This document shows, one piece after another, positions 1 through 14,294 of a stretch of DNA of 64,000 nucleotides. The stretch spans positions 124,001 to 188,000 of the forward strand of contig CT868485.1 in assembly GCA_000165425.1 (NCBI GenBank), written 5' to 3'. This stretch comes from Paramecium tetraurelia (Eukaryota). Numbering within the stretch: position 1 is the stretch's first letter; each line of letters starts with the position of its first letter. The position numbers and the translations under genes were made by a program. The notes under the pieces are model-generated. The model saw nothing but the letters and a program-made list of their open reading frames with translations. It did not search any database and was not told the DNA's origin.

Positions 1-589
1 TTCTGATTATTTAAGACACCAATAGAAAACTATTTTTGACATTATTTTATATTTGGTTTTAATTATATACTTTTACTTCTATTTTATGAAACTTTTACTA
101 TATACTTTAGTATGGAGTCTAAAGTTGATATAGAAAACAAAATAATTATCACATGAATTTTTATTTTATACCTTGAAAAAAATTGTATATAATTTAATGT
201 TGGATTATAAAATAATATTTTTGAAATATTAGATGTTTTTTATTTTCGAATAACTTTTAAAAAACACAATTGCTTCAAATCAAGATCTATTAGAAATATT
301 TTATTTATATATATAATTAACTTTAATGCCAATTAACACTTTTTTTTAGAAAAAAGGAAAAGTAATATCATTATTTAATGGGGTCTATTTATTAACAATT
401 AAAAATGAATATCTATTTGCTATTAAAAAGCTTCTATTAGAAATTCATATAAGAAATTGTTGTATTATCACTAAATCAGTTTTTCCATAATTTTCGTATT
501 AAAATTTGTTCTCTGAAATAGGGCTTGGGAAATGAATTTTAATGCCCATAATTAAAGATTTATGATACTTTAATAATAAAAATTTGATA

Positions 590-3500
590 ATGTCATATAT
601 TATTTTCAACATAGTCTTTTGTGGGCTGCAAGTGATGGCAGAAGACACATACAATTTTCCCTTGTAATCAAATTAGCCAAACATAATCTACTTAGAAGAT
701 TATACTCCTGATAAATTTTAAGCTCCCCTCTATTAATTGGAAAGAGATAATGAATATAATTTGAATATTCAACAATCTGCTTTAAGTCTCTAATAAGGAC
801 AATTCAACTTGAGTAAATTATGTGATAATTGATATAGATGGAAAAATATTATCAGCTAGCAATTACATTTCTGAATCTCAATTAAGTTCGAATGACTTTT
901 GGGTTCTAACATAAAGTAATTTATATCAAGGATTACTATAGAACAATGGAAGTCTTACATTAAATTAAGTACCTTTTAATTTTACTTAATTAAGTATATA
1001 TTATCAATTTTTATAGGTTGCTTTTATATTAATTTAGTAACAGAGAATATGGGAATGATAAGTTGTCTCTAAAAGAAATATTTGAATTTCGTATTAATTA
1101 ATCTTTCTAACTATTCTCATCAAATCTATGAAACCAATGTTACCTTCCCTAAAAAATTTAGTAATCGGAAAATAAATTTACAATATTTTAATTAAAGCGC
1201 ATTTAATATTTATTTGACTTATTTAACTAAAGATAATGCTACTGCAATTAGTTTTAGTTACAACCTGAAATAATTGGATTATGCAAGTGAATAAGTTTAT
1301 AATGGCACATTCATCTAGATTGTGTTATCTCAAGACTTTAATTTCTTATTTCTGATGAGTAAGAAATCACTTTATTTTATAAACTTGTCAACTCAGAGTA
1401 GCTTCAAAGAAATAGCCAATTATAAAATGACAACACCTAGAATAAGAGAACATTTTAGTTAAATGGCTGTGTATTAGCTATCAAAAAACATATATCATGT
1501 TGTATTGTTATAAAACGAATACTTGTCATAATTGTATTATGATTTTAATTCAAATATATAAACCGAGAATCATAAGCATTTCGTATTGAATGCCTATAAA
1601 AAAATAATTTAATTAGAGGTAAACGTAAATTCAATCTATGTTGTTACAAATAATTATGTTACTAAATTGAACTCAATTTCATCAATAAAACCTACAAATT
1701 ACTATAATTATTCATTGACGAGTATGGCACTAATAATGAATGAAAGATAAATTGCCATTTTATTTGATACAAGTGAATAGTCAACGAAATTTGAAAGCAT
1801 GTTATTTAATAAACCATAAATTTTGGTTAATGTATATTAAACTCAATTGATGGTATCAAATTTGTAAGCAGTCAAAATAAAAATAAAAATATTTTCATAA
1901 ATTTAACGTTAAATTGAACATACTTTTTTATTGAATATAATAATGTCGGATATTAGTTAATCTTAATGTCCTGTTTAATTTTCCAATAATTTCCCAAATG
2001 CTAATTTGGTGTACCCAATAGAAACGACAGTTAAAGGTAACACAATGACGCTAGGTCCCAATATTACTACAACAATTACAAATTCGGACAAACAGTATTT
2101 AACCTTCCAAAAATCTAAAATAAACAAATATCTTTCAGATTCCAATGAAACTTATTCAGCAATGTGTAGCATCTATAGATCTTAAATCATCACTTGTGCT
2201 TAATTTGAAGATGAAGTCAGAATTTAATACTCAGATTCTTTATAATTAACAAAGACAAGCACTTATTTTGTTGTGCCTATAAATTTCAATTAAAATCTTG
2301 TTTAGTGTACCTGTTCTTAAACATTTTTTTAAATTGAAGTACTGATGTAGTTTTAAACCTAAATATTAATCTAGACTATCGATTATTAATTATTTTAGTA
2401 AGGGTTGTATTAGTATTCATTCAGTTAGGGAATCTTAAGTTCAGCATTTCTTGATGAAACATTATTTGTAATCACAACTGATAATAATTTATCAGCATAT
2501 TCTAAAAACAACAATAAAAATCCTAAATTTACTGTTTAAAATTATCAATTCAATTAAATCTACTTAAACAAATAAAATTATCCAAATTATCTATTTATTG
2601 ATAATTAATAAAGCTTAGTCATTTTATCATATAATGGATAGTCATCTTGTTAATTTGTAAATTAGATTCCTTATCCACTACTGAGTTATGAGTAATTAAA
2701 ATTAGGTATTTTGAATACCGGGATTTTCATAGCTATAATAAATAATTAGAGGAACACATAATTGTATTATTATCCTATCTAGTCAGTTTACATTGATAGT
2801 CCAATCCAATCATATTATGAATTGAATTTATTGGGATATTAATTTGCTTTTTCTTAACTTTAAACAGGCTATACTTAACATAATTTTTATATCATTTTAT
2901 ATAAATCCACATCAGTTTATTGGGCTTAATATTAGGGAAGTGGATCATCATTTTTTTCCTTGTTTTAATCAAATTGGATCCAAGCAATTTCATCTTCTAA
3001 TTACATATCCTCGCTTAGTGTTATTGAATTTGAATAAGGAAAACAAATATTAGAATACCTCTAGATCATCAATACTAAAACTGAATTCAAGAAGTATGTG
3101 ATTACAGATTGGAGTGTTGAATTGACTCCTCTGTATAGAGCTGGTGACCTTGCTGTTTAAACATAAGTTACCTACAACGCATCAAATATGTTATGCTATA
3201 GTCTTCAATAATAAGACGTTACCATCCTATATGATAAAAAAGTCATTTTGCCTCAGATATAAGGTTTGGAAAAAAAGACTATTGAATTAACAGTGAATCA
3301 GAGCCAATTCGAAGTGAATCCTTTAGAATTTTTTAATGGAAATGTTGATAATTACACTGCAACTTGCAAAAACTGTTAATAATTCAATTTTACTCAACCT
3401 GTGAGTCAGCAAAATTAAGTATTGTTAGGTCAGTATTTATAAGGACTAATTTCTTTAAATGAGACATTCCTTTATGTTCAAAATAATTTAAGTGTATTCT

Positions 3501-4912
3501 TATTGGAATAATCAACAGGATAACTAACAAAATTATATGATTTTCCTAAAAGAGCATAATTTTGTTATAATTTGTTTGTTGAGATAGTCACTTAATTCCC
3601 AATATCTATTTGTTCAAATAGTATTATATACAGTTACAATATGACATCTAAAACTATTATGCAGTATGATCTTTCCAATTTGGTTACACTCTACCTTAAG
3701 TTCTACAATAATGGCATTTTATAAATAATTTCTTAGACCAATATTTACCACAATTACAACTAATATTACTTACAAATCATAGATGATGAAATTATTTTAA
3801 CACAAATATATACTTATGCAAGGTTTTAATAAACTAGTTAGATAGATCAAGTGATTGTAAAGCTATCCTCTAATTTTACTTCTGACCCATGTTAGATACT
3901 TGGATTTTAAAATTAAATTGCTGAAAATCTTAATCCAAAATTTTACTTACTTAAAACTTGTATGCCATCATCAATTGCATAATACTTTGGATTTCCAGGC
4001 AATTAATATACTAATGTTACCAATCTCTATTTTTTAATTTAAGATTGGATGCTTACATAGACCTAAGTGGTGAGTGTTTCTGTTTCAAAATATATGTAAT
4101 AGGTTGGATCGCCAAAACCTATTAGTGATCAAGTTAATCAAATACTTATAGCTTGTCCGTATACTGACAATGTTAGAGTATATAGGATATAGTTTAATTT
4201 AACAAATGGAAGGATAATTGGATATTAATTTTCTGGATCTTTGTTTTTAGATTTTTCTTCATAATACTCATTAAATTGTGCAAATAATGTAATTTTTCTA
4301 CATAACGTTTCTGTAATCTCACAGAATCAATCATAGAACTTATATATTTATAATGTTGAACATTTGTAACATATATGATTTAATTTTAGGTTTTATTCTA
4401 ATTTGCAAATTGTTCCATATATAAGTTATATGCCAAACATATTTAGCTCCTCAAAAGTATTGTTTTAAGTGAATGGAAATAACTTGTTGTTTTCTGGATT
4501 TTAGGAGAGTAGATCAATAATTATTACAATATAAAATGATTTAAGATTCAATGTTAGTGTGTAAGAGAGTGAATAAGCGGAAATTGAGATTCTAGCTTTA
4601 AATCAATAAAGTCAGTGTTAAAGGTCTTTGTTTGTAATGGATGAATAGAATGACGATAATAATGATGATGATGATGATGATAATAATGATGATGATGATG
4701 ATAATAATGATGATGATAATAATAATGATGATAATGATGATAATGATGATGACGATATTGATAATCCAAATCAAAAATCTAAATCAAGTCTCATCATTAT
4801 AGTTTCAGCAAGCGTACTTTTGCTTATTATTATTATTTTCATCATCGTAATATACTGTAGAAGAAAAGAAGTCCAAAAACAGAACAAAGAAATGTCATAT
4901 TAATTAGTATGA
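590..4912 (+). CDS. Large (~1400 aa) type I membrane protein of unknown function: signal peptide, long ectodomain, Asp/Asn-rich stalk, single TM, short basic tail
   Basis: Table-6 reading starts MSYIIFNIVFCGLQVMAEDT and ends ...LIIIVSASVLLLIIIIFIIVIYCRRKEVQKQNKEMSYQLV-TGA(4910-4912). Small GT..AG introns occur near the 5' end. Internal frame not fully verified. Confidence 0.75.
4650..4765 (+). repeat. Imperfect (GAT/AAT)n trinucleotide repeat encoding a poly-Asp/Asn juxtamembrane stalk
   Basis: gatgatgat/aataat arrays lie in frame just before the TM segment. Confidence 0.9.
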
Positions 4913-4973
4913 TTTAAATTATAACAATAGCCAATATTATGTATCATTTAATAATTTAAAAATAAAAATAATC

Positions 4974-7270
4974 TCAATCATAAATTTCGTGTATAATTAA
5001 TGTAATTGTGCTAGTCCATCCATTAAAGGGATGGTATCCTCTTCCAAGCCCATCTTATCTTTGGTTATAATGTTCAAAGAAGTATCTAGTATATGTGGAA
5101 TAGTGTTACCCTCTGTCTCTCCAATTAATGCAAACAGTATTCATCAAATTTTCTCTAAGTTCCTTATAGAGATCCATTAATCCTTTGTGTGTTGAATAAT
5201 ACTTTTAGATTCCTCTGAGAACTAAATAATTAATTGGTATCCAAACTGGTCCAGTCCAATAGTTGTCTCCCTATAATAGTTAATAGCATCAATAACTTTT
5301 CCAAAATGATTATCATTAATGCTCAAAGATCGAAGACCATGATTAGTCCACAACTCTTTCTTTATCATATTCACATACGCATCCAATATGTCTGATTTTG
5401 TAGGATCAATAAATCCAAAAGCAATTGGAAATAAATTAGGGTAGCCAAGATGAGGAGAGAATGATCCATCAATTAAAACATCTTTAAATATTTTATCATC
5501 TGGATCCAAATGATATTTATTAATAGATTTCTTGATCATTTCAGCAGTTTAATGGAATTAGTTGCTTTTTTGTGGATCATATATAGCAGCTAATTTTTGC
5601 ATTGAATCAGCAAAAAACCAGCCCCACATGCTAGCATCAATATTAAATTTGCTTTTCAATCCATTATGCGATCTTGGCCAGTCATCCATTCCTGATCCAA
5701 AATTAATATTATCATTCATTCCCCACCATTTGAAGAGTAAGAAATTATCTCCTTCATTTACTCCTTGAGACTTAATCCAAAAATGATACCAATCTATTGC
5801 TTTTGTGTATAATTTTCTCACCTATTATTGTATTTCCCCGTTTTTCAAGGCTAATTTATAATCCATGATACTTACAATCAAGATAAAGAAAATTAAAGAT
5901 AAAAGTAGGCGGATTAGTTTCGCTTTATTTTTAGGCCAGGAATGCTTAAGGCACTGCTGTTTTCTATTCAGGACTCTTGCAATTAAGATATAAGATATTA
6001 CTCTGGCTTATTCTCGAGGTATCCATCCATTGCTTGACATTGTATCAAACCAATCTAACAAAGATTAGATACATAATTGAGATTTCCATCGACAAACAAT
6101 CATATTATGGAATCCGTCATCCCATAAAAATGGTCTGGGGAATCCAAATCTAGAGGGAGTTGGAGTAAACATCATCTTTTATTGTGAACATATTGGATTA
6201 GCCTCTTCGCATTCTATATTTCCAAAAGAAGTGGCAAAGCCTCCAATGAGATTTGCAAATGAACTGATTGAACACGATAAATAGAATGGGTTCTCTAGAA
6301 TCAATAAATTTCATATTGATACTTAATGGTATTTTATTGAAAGTTCTATTGAATTAAGAGAAGAAATTCATATTGTCTAATTTCTTTAATATTCTAGCAT
6401 CGAAAAAGTAGTCACTTGATACGGATATCTCTCGTTGCATATATCTTAGTTAAAATTTAAACAATTCATTTCTTTTAGCTACGTATTAAACGAAGACGAT
6501 GTTGCCTTATTCTTAATCAATAGTTTTATTGAATTTGAACGGGATGTCTTCTTTGGTTTTTCTCAATTCGCTATAGAGGAGTGTTCTCAAATTGTAATTT
6601 AAGGTAGGATTCTGAAATTGCAAAGAATAACCGAAGTTGTCATTTTGATTTAAATTGACTTGTTTGCCATTAGATTCCAAGGCCACATAAATGTAATTTA
6701 CTTGTTGAGCTGTTGTAATAGTAATCTAGAATTTGAGATGAGAAGTACTTTGAGAGAATCTCCCTCCTCTTCAACTTATAATTTTCTGAGATCAGTTTTT
6801 TCTTGATTCAACTTCTCAATTGCAATAGAGTACACTAGACTGATGTATTCCTCATCTCCGACCAAGGCATCGTTATTCACAACAGTGGTAACCCAATCTT
6901 CTATTTTCTCAGGATTGACTCTAGTCATACAGAAGCAATTTACTTATAGAATTCATTTGTGAATCTTACTTTATATTCCCCATCTATGGTTTCGTGGATG
7001 GCATATCTTTCGCCATCATGATAGAGATATTGGTAATAGGTGGGTTCGTCATTGCTTCTTTCATTGATTTTGTATTTGATTGATTTCTCCCATCTTATAT
7101 TATTGTTCATGAAGTAATAGAAGGTGATGGTCAGAGGATTGAAGGTTTGCATATTTCTTTCAGTAATGGCGTGAATCAGTTAAGGTTTGTATGTTCCCCA
7201 TTTGTACAACATGGGATTTACTTATGCATTTATGCATTATACCAAAAGTATGATAAACATAAAATAGCAT
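4974..7270 (-). CDS. MOGS: Mannosyl-oligosaccharide glucosidase (ER glucosidase I, GH63)
   Basis: Motifs KWGTYKP, TPSRFGFPRPFLWDDGFH, GSGMDDWPR, ELWTNHGLRSLS and the C-terminal GYHPFNGWTS...EIYD-TGA. A 22-nt intron lies near the start. Start codon inferred. Confidence 0.9.
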
Positions 7271-7279
7271 TCATTAATT

Positions 7280-8277
7280 ATGGAATTATTAATCTTCCAA
7301 AGGCTAATTCGACTACACAAGGAGTTCATTCACCTCTATTATTCGCATATGCACAAGAGATCTAAACTAGTGTCATTCTTCATAGGAGTTGGTATTGATT
7401 TGTGTTAATATCAGCATCCTTATACTTAATCAAGACTCTTGCTAAACTTTTATGGTTGACTGTTCCAAGAGTCCGAAGCAACTTAATCTCGAAGTACGGA
7501 AGGAACTCCTGGGCTGTGGTGACAGGAGGATCAGACGGAATTGGAAAAGAGTTCTGTATCGAATTAGCTAAATAAGGATTTAATATTGTTGTAGTGGCAA
7601 GGAACGAATAAAAGATGAATGAACTTTGTGCATAATTACAAAATTCTCACGTTGAAACCAAAACTATAGTCGTAGATTTTAGTCAGGGACATTCAGTTGA
7701 ATTCTATGAAAAGGTTAAATCTGAACTAAGATATTTGGACATTTCGATCTTGGTTAACAATGTGGGTATGAGCGAAGGAACTTTGTTTGCTTATGAGAAA
7801 ATGGATAACATTTTGAAGATACTTAGAGTCAACGCCTTGTCAACACTAATGATGACCAGAATATTAATCAACAAATTAGAATGTAGACAGAATAAATCTG
7901 CTGTGATTACTCTATCATCTGCTTTAGCATATTTGCCATGTCCCTATCTTACTGTTTATTCTTGTACCAAGTCATTTACTCATTATTTTACCCAATCCTT
8001 AGGGTTGACCTACAAAAACACTCATTTTCTTAGTGTCACACCCCTGGGAGTAAGAACAAAAATGTTGGCTATGAAATAAGGATTCGAAGTTATAGAGCCT
8101 AATTAATTAGTGAAGAATGTATTGGATGATTTGAGAGTAGGCAAACAAACTAGTTATGGATGGAATGTACATAAGGGTATTATTAACTATGTTTTATGGA
8201 GAAATTAAAACTACAGAGACTAAGTTAAAGTAAGAATTGGAAACAATTTGCGAGATTTATATCTCTCATAAAAATGA
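7280..8277 (+). CDS. Short-chain dehydrogenase, very-long-chain 3-oxoacyl-CoA reductase / 17beta-HSD12-like
   Basis: WAVVTGGSDGIGKEF, DISILVNNVG and catalytic YSCTK. N-terminal hydrophobic anchor and a 23-nt intron. An alternative start exists near 7348. Confidence 0.88.
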
Positions 8278-8507
8278 CTTTTATAAATATACAAATTGCT
8301 AAGAATTTATTCATGCTTAAACGATTGCCAGATCAAATTAGAGTCCTTTTCTTTTATTCTATAGTTATTCTGTTAATGAAATATTTAAGCATAATAGATT
8401 ATGGCAAACTGATTTATTCATGCATTTTAAGTTATAGAAATACAATTAAATAAGGAGAAATATAAAAAAACATTCGATTATTTTGTCATTAATTTAAAAC
8501 ATATTTA

Positions 8508-8930
<423 letters not shown>

Positions 8931-8997
8931 TTTTTATTGTTATTAATGTTTGTCTTGCAATTATTTGGCTCACTCTTATGATGTAAACTAAATTTTT

Positions 8998-9003
8998 GAT
9001 TGG
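8998..9003 (-). promoter_or_regulatory. Possible CCAAT box upstream of histone H3
   Basis: CCAATC on the minus strand about 70 nt upstream of the H3 ATG. Short motif that could occur by chance. Confidence 0.25.
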
Positions 9004-9091
9004 ATTAAGGAGAATACAATACATTTAATTTGATACGTATTTTGAGATTCTCATAAATAAAATAGAATTAATTTATAATTATTATATTTAA

Positions 9092-9961
9092 TCATATTAA
9101 TTTAACAAGTTTATCATAGTTGTTTTACATATAATCAAGAATGAAGGCCAATTATTCTAAATGACCTTCCTTCTTGGTCTAAAATCGATTCAAAGCCTTA
9201 ATTCCAATACTTGCTTTCTCCAATTTCACAATAGATTTCTAGGCTTATGCAATCTAAAATCTCAGTACCTAATACAGCACTTATCTTTCCTTTGCATTAA
9301 AATGAGGATCCGAAAACACATTAGCAATCAATTACACCTTCCTATTGGTAGTCAATTCATTGTCTAATTAAGTTTATTACAGATTTATTAGATCCATCGA
9401 ACTTACAGAATTCCTTAGTAATTTTGGCTACCTCTTTAAATATCTATCATAATCACTCCTATCCAAATTAACCTTAAAAACATCATCGAATGATAGAAAA
9501 TTTAACACTTGTTACAATATGTACTATATAGCTCTGCTTAGGTGATGTTTATAAACTTTATCGAAATGTCGATTTTAAAATACTCTATCTCTTTCCCTTT
9601 ATTCATATCTCTCCTTAAATTGATCATAAATTGGCTGCATGGGAGTAACTGAATAGAATATTTCCTTATTGTCTTTGAAGTTAGATATAATTAATTTCTT
9701 CATAAATCTTGAAACTGCTGGTTTTGACTTAAGTCGATTATTCTTTCTCACAGTCTCAGGTTTCAACAATTGATTATCGTTACTTGCATTAATTAGGTCT
9801 CTTTTATCATAAACTTCCCCTTGGCAATCTATATGTCTATTTTATCGACTTGCCTAAATCTAAAGTTTATGGGGTGATGATAGATGAGTAACCAAAGATG
9901 AATGCTTGTGATGAGTGATGGAGGTGAGAAAATTCTGTTCTGATAGTAATTGATTGATCAT
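9092..9961 (-). CDS. Hypothetical protein
   Basis: Reads MINQLLSEQNFLTSITHHK... and ends ...EQLAFILDYMQNNYDKLVKLI-TGA, with small introns. Middle exons unresolved. Confidence 0.55.
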
Positions 9962-10577
9962 AATTAAAAATAAAATTATTGTACACACAAATTCAATTAT
10001 TGAACTCTGTAGAATTTGAGTACAGAAGAAAACCAAAGATTCCAATGCTTATTAACCTACGTTTTCAAGAACTAATGAAACTGTATACTATTCCTATGTA
10101 ATTTGAGGAACCAGAAGATCTGACTCTAAGGCAAAATAATCAAAATAGGCATTTAGATCAATTCATAAATATATGCAGATCATATATCAATCTGTAGGGA
10201 ATAGTTAAGTAAATGGAACACTAGGAGATTGGAATGGTAATAATTGGGAAATAAATGAATCTGATGAATTCGAAAACATGAATAAGGAACATCCTTATTT
10301 ATTTAAAAATCATATTTATACTCTCTTTCATTTATTTGAGGAACCAATTAAATTACTATTATTATAGTGTGTGACATATTCAAATTTGATGTTCCAGAAT
10401 TATGAAATAGAGTTTGATTAGGGGATACAAAGAGGAAGAGGTTTGATGCCTTTAAATTGCTTTGGTCTTAGCCTATGTTGTTACTGCATTTTTTGTATTT
10501 AAATTAAACATACTAAGGAATTTAATGTAAATTGAATAGAGCAGTTAATTTTGAGAATAATTAATTTAAATTTTAAA

Positions 10578-11253
10578 ATGAGTGATACCGAAACAGAATC
10601 ATTGAATCCTTATTATAAAGAGATTGTTGCATACCTACACACTCAATAAATTCTCATATTTTAACCATATGATATGTTGGATGAGTTTAAAATACTCTCT
10701 CAGTTTTAATTTAGGCTAAAACTTAAAATCTCAACATTATACCTCGCCAAATCAATTTACCTAAGAACCAATATATTAACATAGGATTACTTGTTGACAA
10801 GTCTATGGATTGCAACCAAATTCGATCAATAGGATAGATGCAAATGGCAGATGTCCACAGAAATAGAAACACACATTTTACAAAAGTTAAATTTTGAAAT
10901 AACTAAACCAACTGCCATGGATTTCATTGAACAATTAATCTATTACATCAAAAAAACAAAAAGAATATCTGCTGAACAAGTTCGACTGATATATGCTTTA
11001 TCCTTAATGTCACTACCTTGGAAATTGAATTACGAGCCATCTCAAATCGCATTTGCTATTATTGTATGCTCTTCATTCATTTTAGATCATATCATTTACA
11101 CTCAAAAACATCAAAAATCATGATTTCTAATCTGATTGTTATACTGATGTTTGCTAGCAATTGCTCAATAAGTATGATTCGAATATCATCATTTCCTAAA
11201 AGTACCCAGCCAGCTATCTCCTAATCAAAAAGAATTTACACAGACTCTATTGA
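10578..11253 (+). CDS. Divergent cyclin-box protein
   Basis: STLYLAKSIY, LLTSLWIATKFD, IETHILQKLNFEITKPTAMDF and YEPSQIAFAI. A 22-nt intron near 11064-11085 restores the frame to TGA 11251-11253. Confidence 0.75.
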
Positions 11254-12249
11254 CAATTTACAAATCAACTGTTGAATTTCAATCATATATTTATATTCAC
11301 TCATACTGATCACCCTTTATCCAATTTTATTTCAATATTATTATTATAGAAATTTTAAGTATCAAATCAAAATAACATTTATAAATCTTATATAGAGTTC
11401 TATTCTAAATAAACTTTTGTATTTGTATCAAGGTTCAAAGTATTCCAGAATTTATAATTCAACTTCACCTTCTATTATTAAGATGGCAATACTATTTATT
11501 AAGGAATTCAAATATAATATTTAAACTTAAATTATTACATTAAAGAAAATGTTTCAAAATATTTAAAATTAAAATGATTTTTTATGATAGAGAACAGTTA
11601 GATTTTTACAATACATATATTTAATATAATATATCTATGTAAGTTATGAAAAACTATTTTTTAATTTATCCTCATATTATATAATATTTTTTTATTTAAA
11701 TGTAAGAATGCAAATTTACTGTTATACTCGATTAATGTGTAAATTTCCACTCATCTGTATATATACCATTCTTATAAGTAATCTACACCCTCTTTCTATT
11801 TTTAGTAGGTTTTAGTAAAAAACTACTCGATAAGAATCCTCCGACCTTACAGATTTAATTACTACTTCAACGTGTATTGAATTTTTTAAATACTTTATCT
11901 AGATCAAAAATTGAAGAATTTATCCAAAGTTATAATGTAAAAACAAGATTTAATGCCATCATGAAATAATATTCAGAATATAAGTTATCGATTAAGTGCC
12001 AAAATTTATAGAGTACAATCAAAATGATTTTATTAGGATTAACACAATATTGTAAATTAATTACACTAACTTAAAAAAATACTCAAAAACAAAGGGCAAT
12101 TTAGAGAATCAAAAATTTTGCATTTGTACGGAACTAACTAGTATTACTAAGAATCAATTAATACCATATTTTTGAAGCAATTATATATATTTAGGATTCG
12201 AAGAAATTAATACTTAATTATTTATATAGATGCAAACATATGTATTCCA

Positions 12250-13400
12250 AAATGTCAATAATTAAAGTAAAACAAATTATGAAACATAATAGTGCAATGT
12301 GTAACCATCCATATAACAACAATTAATCCTATTGCGATTTCTTGATTAAATAAGGGAGAGTACCTCCACTTAGCTTAACAATAATTTCATCAACATGTAA
12401 GCTATCTAAAATAGGCTATAATGAGATTTTGGTTTATGTTTCAAGAAATTACCTTAGTGGGGAGGAAATCTATATTTCATGTAATTAATGTACATTTTCC
12501 AAATTGGCATTTTATACAATTATTAGGGCAAGAATATTTGCATTAATGACATCCATCATTTGATAAATAATTAACATTATCGAATTCCTCATTAGAAGTG
12601 ATAATAGCATCTCAAAATAAAGGATTACGAGAGTAACTTGTCTCTAAAAATTCCCATCCATTTAAACAACCATAACAAATTCCATTTGATGCAAATTTCA
12701 CAAACCATATATGCAATCATAATAATTCATAAAGCATCCGTCAAATGGCACAATGTTGTTATCCACACATATTTCATCATAGATAATAAGAAATAGTTAA
12801 AGAATCTCTCATTCCAATATATTTTGGTGTAGTACTCGCCTATTGAATTAAATCAACTTTATATGTATATTTAACCTGCTACTCTGATGGTAGCATGGAA
12901 ATAAATAAATTTCCTACATTGAAATATAATCACAAATTTCTACTTTTATAATCAGAATTTTTTTCTCATTTAAAGTTCCTTTAAATAAAATTAGTTGTAA
13001 GTATCGTATTTTAGGATCTATACAATATTTTATATAATTAGATTCTAAGTTCTTATCAATATAGATATAAATTTAAGTTGATTTTAGATTAAAAACAAAT
13101 AGTTTGTATTGAAAACTTATGGCATTATGTAAATCTAATTTGATGACATTTTGCAAATCGCCTCCAGAGGAAACTACGTTATTAAATCCTTTGTATTATT
13201 AAGATACCTGCCTAAGAATTTATTTACAGTAGCAACTGTATACCATCCTTCCTCAAGAGGAATACTCAAGAATTCTTTAAACTAAAATAGTTACAAACAT
13301 AATTCTTAATTACAACATCCATGTGAATTACAGAAGTCACATCCCATGAAGCATTCATAAATTGATAATTAAAAGTATATTCCTATCCAATAAGAGTTTT
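12250..13400 (-). pseudogene. Decayed remnant of a Cys-rich (DUF4215-type) surface-protein gene
   Basis: 12650-12780 reads DEICVDNNIVPFDGCFMNYYDCIYG, then shifts frame into CEICIK/GICYGCLNGWE with an in-frame TGA. Boundaries approximate. Confidence 0.55.
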
Positions 13401-14294
13401 AAGCTGACATAGCTGCTGTAAGAGAAGAACTTGTCTGTTAAAATGTAATCGAAATTGGGAAAATGAGATACTGTTGGTTACTTAAGCATGAATCAACTGA
13501 AACACTGTTATTTGTATAAATCCTTTAGTGCTCAATTTTACTATCTAAAGTAAAATAAAATGTTAAGATCATAGTAGTTATTTAATTTAGGGAATTTACA
13601 TCCATATAGTGTATGTAGATAAAATTTGTGATTTTATTTCCTCAACATTTTTAAATCTAGTGTCAATTAATAGTGAGGTTAGAGTTCGAAAGGTTTGTAG
13701 AACAACTATTGATATTCATGAGTTTAGTTTATGAATATTGCACAATAAGCATAACAATTTCTTTGAATTTATGCGTAGACACAATTAAATTGATTTTAAC
13801 ATACATACCAGACTTAAATGATAACATTTTCATTACTATCAGAACTTTCACTAAATATGTCATGTTAAACTATTTTATATTAGGTGAATGTTTTAAGAGG
13901 TAAAATATCATCAATATGGAGGTTATTTTCATCTATTCCCTAAATAATTGGAATGATACTGAAAAGATATTTCATATCTTCGATAAGACAATTTTCACTT
14001 ACTTATAATCTAAAGTGGATTATGAATATTAATGAAAATAGATTGTATATAATTGTTAATTTCATAATTTTTTTTAATTCCCATCATATTACCCCATTCT
14101 AAATTTCATAAATTCCTAAAGCAGGTGGGGAGCTCATATCATTTTATAAGATAATTAATTCTTAGGTGATGACTAAAGAGATAGCCTTTTTATACTTCAT
14201 CTAAGGAATTCCATATCTATGTAAATTTTTATACATTTTTTCGCCTCTTTTTGTCTTTGAAAACTTATGAAATTTAAGCATTAATTTAATAATA

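Noticed and set aside
4554..4769. His/Tyr-rich ORF on the minus strand
   Set aside because: It is the antisense shadow of the GAT/AAT Asp-Asn repeat of the plus-strand gene.
9990..10540. Possible small plus-strand gene (MLINLRFQELMK...)
   Set aside because: It looks partly coding, but I could not build a consistent exon model or find any motif.
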